NCBI RefSeq assembly: GCF_006345805.1
Contig: NC_042999.1
Location: 64,170,001-64,234,000 of the forward strand
Origin: Octopus sinensis
Lineage: Eukaryota
Direction: 5' to 3'
DNA length: 64,000 nt
Shown: in pieces, positions 59,476 through 64,000 of the stretch
Numbering within the stretch: position 1 is the stretch's first letter
Layout of the letters: every line of letters starts with the position of its first letter
Program-made: the position numbers and the translations under genes
The notes under the pieces: model-generated
What the model saw: only the letters and a program-made list of their open reading frames with translations
Databases searched by the model: none
Told to the model about the DNA's origin: nothing

Positions 59476-61279
59476 CTGCAGACATAATTGAGGAGATATC
59501 CCAGTCTTCATGTTTCTGAATAAAGGTTTATAACTGTTTGTTTAAACGTCCTTTGGTCAGACCCATGTTGCATTTTAAGTTGGTGTTCTAGCTTGCTCTT
59601 GTAAATTTAACCTCTAATTGATAAATAGTATCAGGCACACCTTTGGGTTCGATTGGTTTTATATGACATGATTTACTTCATGTTAGGAGTGCAGATATAA
59701 GAAATCGTAACTACATAGCTAATAAACTATTTCCTTTCTTTTAATTGTACAAGAGTGGGAAGAGTCTGTCTATTAGATTTAAGGTCTGGCCTATAATAGA
59801 TCTCTAACATTGAGTGAAAAGGGAGTTTCAAACCCAATTATCTACTTGCGCCTCGTTCTCTTGGAGCAGCCCAGGTTAAGGTTGTCGATCTTATCTTCCA
59901 ATCCAATGGCCTCATCGGTGTTGTAGTAAGAGGCCGCACTATCACAGATGTCTTTACATGACCGGTTAGAGAGGTTCTTCTGTTTATGCCATCCACGAAC
60001 TTTTTCATCACTTGGTAGGGATGAAAATATCCTACATTATTGTACTGAGCTCAATAAGGCACTCGATTTCATTAAGCTTTATAATATGTATAAGGGATAA
60101 AAACTTAAAGATCGTATTCCATAATAAAAATACCCCTACTTTTGGACAAGGGATTGACATGGATTAAGAAATTAGACCCAAAGGGTTTCTTCAATGTGAA
60201 CATAGAAAGGTGTCTTAATACTAGAACAAAGATCCCCAACTCCTGCATACAGGAGAGAGAAAAGTTATACTTACATACTGGAAACATCGCCCCGCCAGTA
60301 AAGTTTTGTACCGAAAATGTTTTTCATAATTTCCCAGGTTCTTTTTCCCATAAATATCTTCTCCGACTCTTAACTGAATTTTTTTGGAATGTGTCTTCCT
60401 GTCGCTCGCTCTTTTCCTCTTTCTCCATATCATTCTATTTGTTCGTGCAGTTGAAGGTCTGCATGTACGACAGAGAATATGTATATGCGCGTATGTTTTG
60501 TGCGTTGTGCGTAAGTATGGCACATATCTGAATCAGGCAACCAGAAAATGAGAAGTGAGGTAACTTCTTAACCTAATCCAAGTATACAGTTTCGGTGACA
60601 TTTTTCCACTTCAGGTTTTTTTCCTGTGTTTATGCCGTCTTGATAGAGTGGCGGGGGTTTAACTTTTGAGCTGGCGTAAAGGTCGTTTTTGTGTTATATA
60701 TATGTGTGTATGTTTGTGTGTGTACATACACACGTATGTATGTATGTATGTATGTATGTATGTATGTATGTATGTATGTATGTATGTATGTATGTATGCA
60801 TGCATGCATGTATGCATGCATGCATGTATGTATGTATATATGTATGTATGTATGTGTGTGTATGTATGGTTATTACAAATAAAAACATTGCTTCCATGAA
60901 AAGTCTGTACTAAGAGCAAACAAATCATTCACTTATATAAACCATTTGTTTATATAAGTTTTTGTTTACCATATCCAATCCCACTTAGCTTTACACTGTG
61001 TAATTTAGTACTATGCTGTATTAGTCCTAAAAAAGTTTATATACGAGTGTATGTATATATATGTATATATATATAAAATAAAATACAATCATAAATTAAT
61101 CAGCCGAAATTGCGATGATGATCCGGTTCTTGACTGAAGATAGAAAACTTCGAATGACCCGTCCTTGTTTTCTTTGTATCGTCTATCTGGATATTTTGTT
61201 GTCCCTTTTTGTATTTTATTATATATATACATATACACACACACATATATATATATATAGCGGCGTACGTACACTTTGT

Positions 61280-61319
<40 letters not shown>

Positions 61320-61580
61320 CACACACGAAGGGCTTGTGCACAGTTTCTGTTCCTTAAAGCACTTCTTATTAGTCATCCTGTTGCAGGAAACACTCAAGAT
61401 AATGCGCTATGAGAATGATTGTGCAGTTATATTTGGAGAATGAAGGAAGAAAATAATTGGCTACCCTTTGAATGAGGCTGGTTACGTATTTTAAGAAGTG
61501 AGAAGGTTAGAAAGAGTGGTTGAGATGGCGGTTCCTTGTTGTAGTCTGGGATTTTAAATATTCTGGGATATTGCTGTTGT

Positions 61581-61866
61581 TTGTTCCTTCTCGAGCCATG
61601 CTTGGCTCATAAGAGCCGGCTTTCCGGTTTCATTGGCGTATAGGTTCTTCACCCGGACGGGACGCAGGTGAGCTGCAAGATGCAGGAGGAAAAAAATGAG
61701 AGAAAGTTGTGGCGAAAGAATCAGCAGAAGTTCGCCATTACCTTCTGCCGGAGCTGCATGGAGCTTAGGTGATTCGCTCATAAACACACACATCGCCCGG
61801 TCTGAGATTCGAACCCGCGATCCCTCGACCACGAGTCCACTGCTCTAACCACTAGGCCACGTGCCC
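61581..61866 (-). mobile_element. tRNA-derived SINE family C
   Basis: Head TGGCCTAGTGGTTAGAGCAG...GGTTCGAATCTC. Related copies at 47703-47998(-) and 63350-63631(+). Confidence 0.85.
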
Positions 61867-62625
61867 CCACATTCTGGGATTTTACTTATTCTAAATGAAG
61901 TGTTAGCTCCCACTGTTTAGGTTTGAAAAGTATTTCGTTAACCACGGTTTTGTATTTTTGAGGGGTTAGTATTTTATTCTGTAAGTGATTACTCAAGAAT
62001 AGTCAAAATATGTGCTAATGTTAGTTGTAATTACAGCGATGTAATCTGAAGTAGTTATCCTTTTTGAATAGTGCCGGCTAGCTGGCAGAAACGTTAGCGC
62101 GCCGGGCGAAATTGCGTAGCCGTATTTCGTCTGCCGTTACGTTCTGAGTTCAAATTCCGCCGAGGTCGACTTTGCCTTTCATCCTTTCGGGATTGATTAA
62201 ATAAGTACCAGTTACGCACTGGGGTCGATATAATCGACTTAATCCGTTTGTCTGTCCTTGTTTGTCCACTCTGTTTAGCCCCTTGTGGGTACTAAAGAAA
62301 TAAGTTATCCTTTTTGAATAGTGCGTGAGTAACATTGTGACTGAGAATCGTCAATTAAAAAGTGTCTAGCCTGCAATTCATATTGCCGTGTTCTTTGGGA
62401 GATTTTTTTATTCGTTGTTTCAGTCATTAGACTGCGACTATGCTGGGGCACCGCCTTGAAGACTTTTTAGTCCAATAAATCGACCCCAGTACTTATTCTT
62501 TAAAGCTTGATACTTAGTCTATCGATGTCGTTTGCCGAACCGCTAAAATAACGAGGACGTAAACACACTAACATCGATAGTTAAGCGGGGGGGGGACATA
62601 TACACAAGGACACACATACATCACA

Positions 62626-62674
<49 letters not shown>

Positions 62675-62678
62675 GAGA

Positions 62679-62743
<65 letters not shown>

Positions 62744-63276
62744 AGAGAGAGAGAGAGAGAGCAATAAGAAAATGAAGGGGATCAAAGGGCGGTTTATCAA
62801 CTTTTAGACATTATATTATGTCAATTTATTTATTTATTTACTAAAATGACAATTACAAGAATATACATACATGTATACCATATTATGCTTTACATATAAA
62901 ATCTGTAAAGATACCAGTAATTATTAAAATATAACACACAGGAATATAATATAATATAATATATATATATAGAAGTAGCGGCAAAAATCTACTATTTCCT
63001 TTTTCTACAAAAATATGTCTCCATATTTGTCTCAATATTTGTAACTCACACATGGCAAAAAAGAAGAAAAATAATGAAATCAAACAGTCTTCGATTAATT
63101 ATGAACGCATTTCTAGATTAGAATCATAAGATTCATTTCCGTTATCAGCGTTATCAAAAAAATAAAAAATAAAATTTGTATAAGTTTTTACCGAATAGGG
63201 TCCTTTTCCACAACGAAAAACTACTGGGTGAAATCTGTTGATTTTATTAAATTAATAATCTTTCACCCTATATCTG

Positions 63277-63330
<54 letters not shown>

Positions 63331-64000
63331 GTGTGTGTGTGTGTGTGTAGGCGCAATGGCCCAGTGGTTAGGGCAGCGGACTCGCGGTTTCGGGCGTTGT
63401 GAGTGATTATTGAGCGAAAACACCTAAAGTTCCACGAGGCTCCGACAGAGGGTGGTGGCGATCCCTGCTGGACTCTTTCGCCACAACTTTCTCTCACTCT
63501 CTCTTCTCTTGGTCTGCTCGCTTAGCTAGCGGGGTGGCGTCATTTGAAGGCTAAAACAATGCGAAGCGTATTGTGACCAGCGATGTCTAGCAACATCTGT
63601 TAGCCTGGTCGGTCACGGTGATCACGGTGATATATATATATATATATATATATAATTAATCAATATAGGGTGGCAAAAAATTTTGTAGAATTTTTTTGCC
63701 ACCAGCGGCCTAGTGGGAAAAAATTAAATAGTCATATACCATTTTTAAGTTCAACATCACAATCAAGGAACGGCCATAATAGGCCATTCACCCACTAGAA
63801 ATAACAGCCAAAAGCTTTAACCGCAAAATAACATCAATTCCGTAAACCAGGAGAAAATTAAAAAACATTTACCCTGTAATTTCTTATACGATGCACCGTT
63901 TCATCTACTGTTTAATGGTAAACTAACCTGATTAAATTAAATCAAGCCAATCCACCATAGGCCCTTAGATTCATCAGTAAGAAATAGCCAAGTCGGAACA

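Noticed and set aside
59754-59800. Possible next trypsin exon (VGRVCL)
   Set aside because: An in-frame stop follows within 14 codons and there is no suitable donor. No further SP exon was found up to 64000.
61790-61866. tRNA genes at A/B-box sequences here and in other SINE heads
   Set aside because: They run directly into SINE bodies, occur as diverged copies and lack complete cloverleaves.

Overview
Animal genomic DNA that is AT-rich and dense in microsatellites and SINEs. The repeat content suggests a coleoid cephalopod, probably Octopus (inference). Almost all entries in the ORF track are microsatellite artefacts. The real content falls into four groups. (1) A + strand multi-exon gene, assembled by hand from 13 GT-AG exons (27050-58096) with consistent phases. 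It encodes a modular serine protease, CUB-CUB-EGF-EGF-Ig-Ig-trypsin, resembling MASP/C1r but with Ig domains in place of CCP. The first exon(s) and the catalytic-Ser exons were not found in the window. (2) A near-complete minus-strand CR1/L2-group LINE (about 11483-16490). Its ORF1 carries a Myb/SANT-like trihelix domain plus a CCCH-like finger, it is preceded by a 14-unit variable tandem array, and its 3' stem-loop is shared with the commonest SINE in the window. (3) Several Penelope-type minimal hammerhead-ribozyme motifs, including an inverted pair flanking the first visible exon and a composite of a tRNA-like promoter with hammerhead arms. (4) Many other transposon relics: Helitrons, a HINE, mariner, RTE, an R4-like element, several SINE families, foldback palindromes and a 2.2 kb TA tract. 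All calls were made by eye without database searches.
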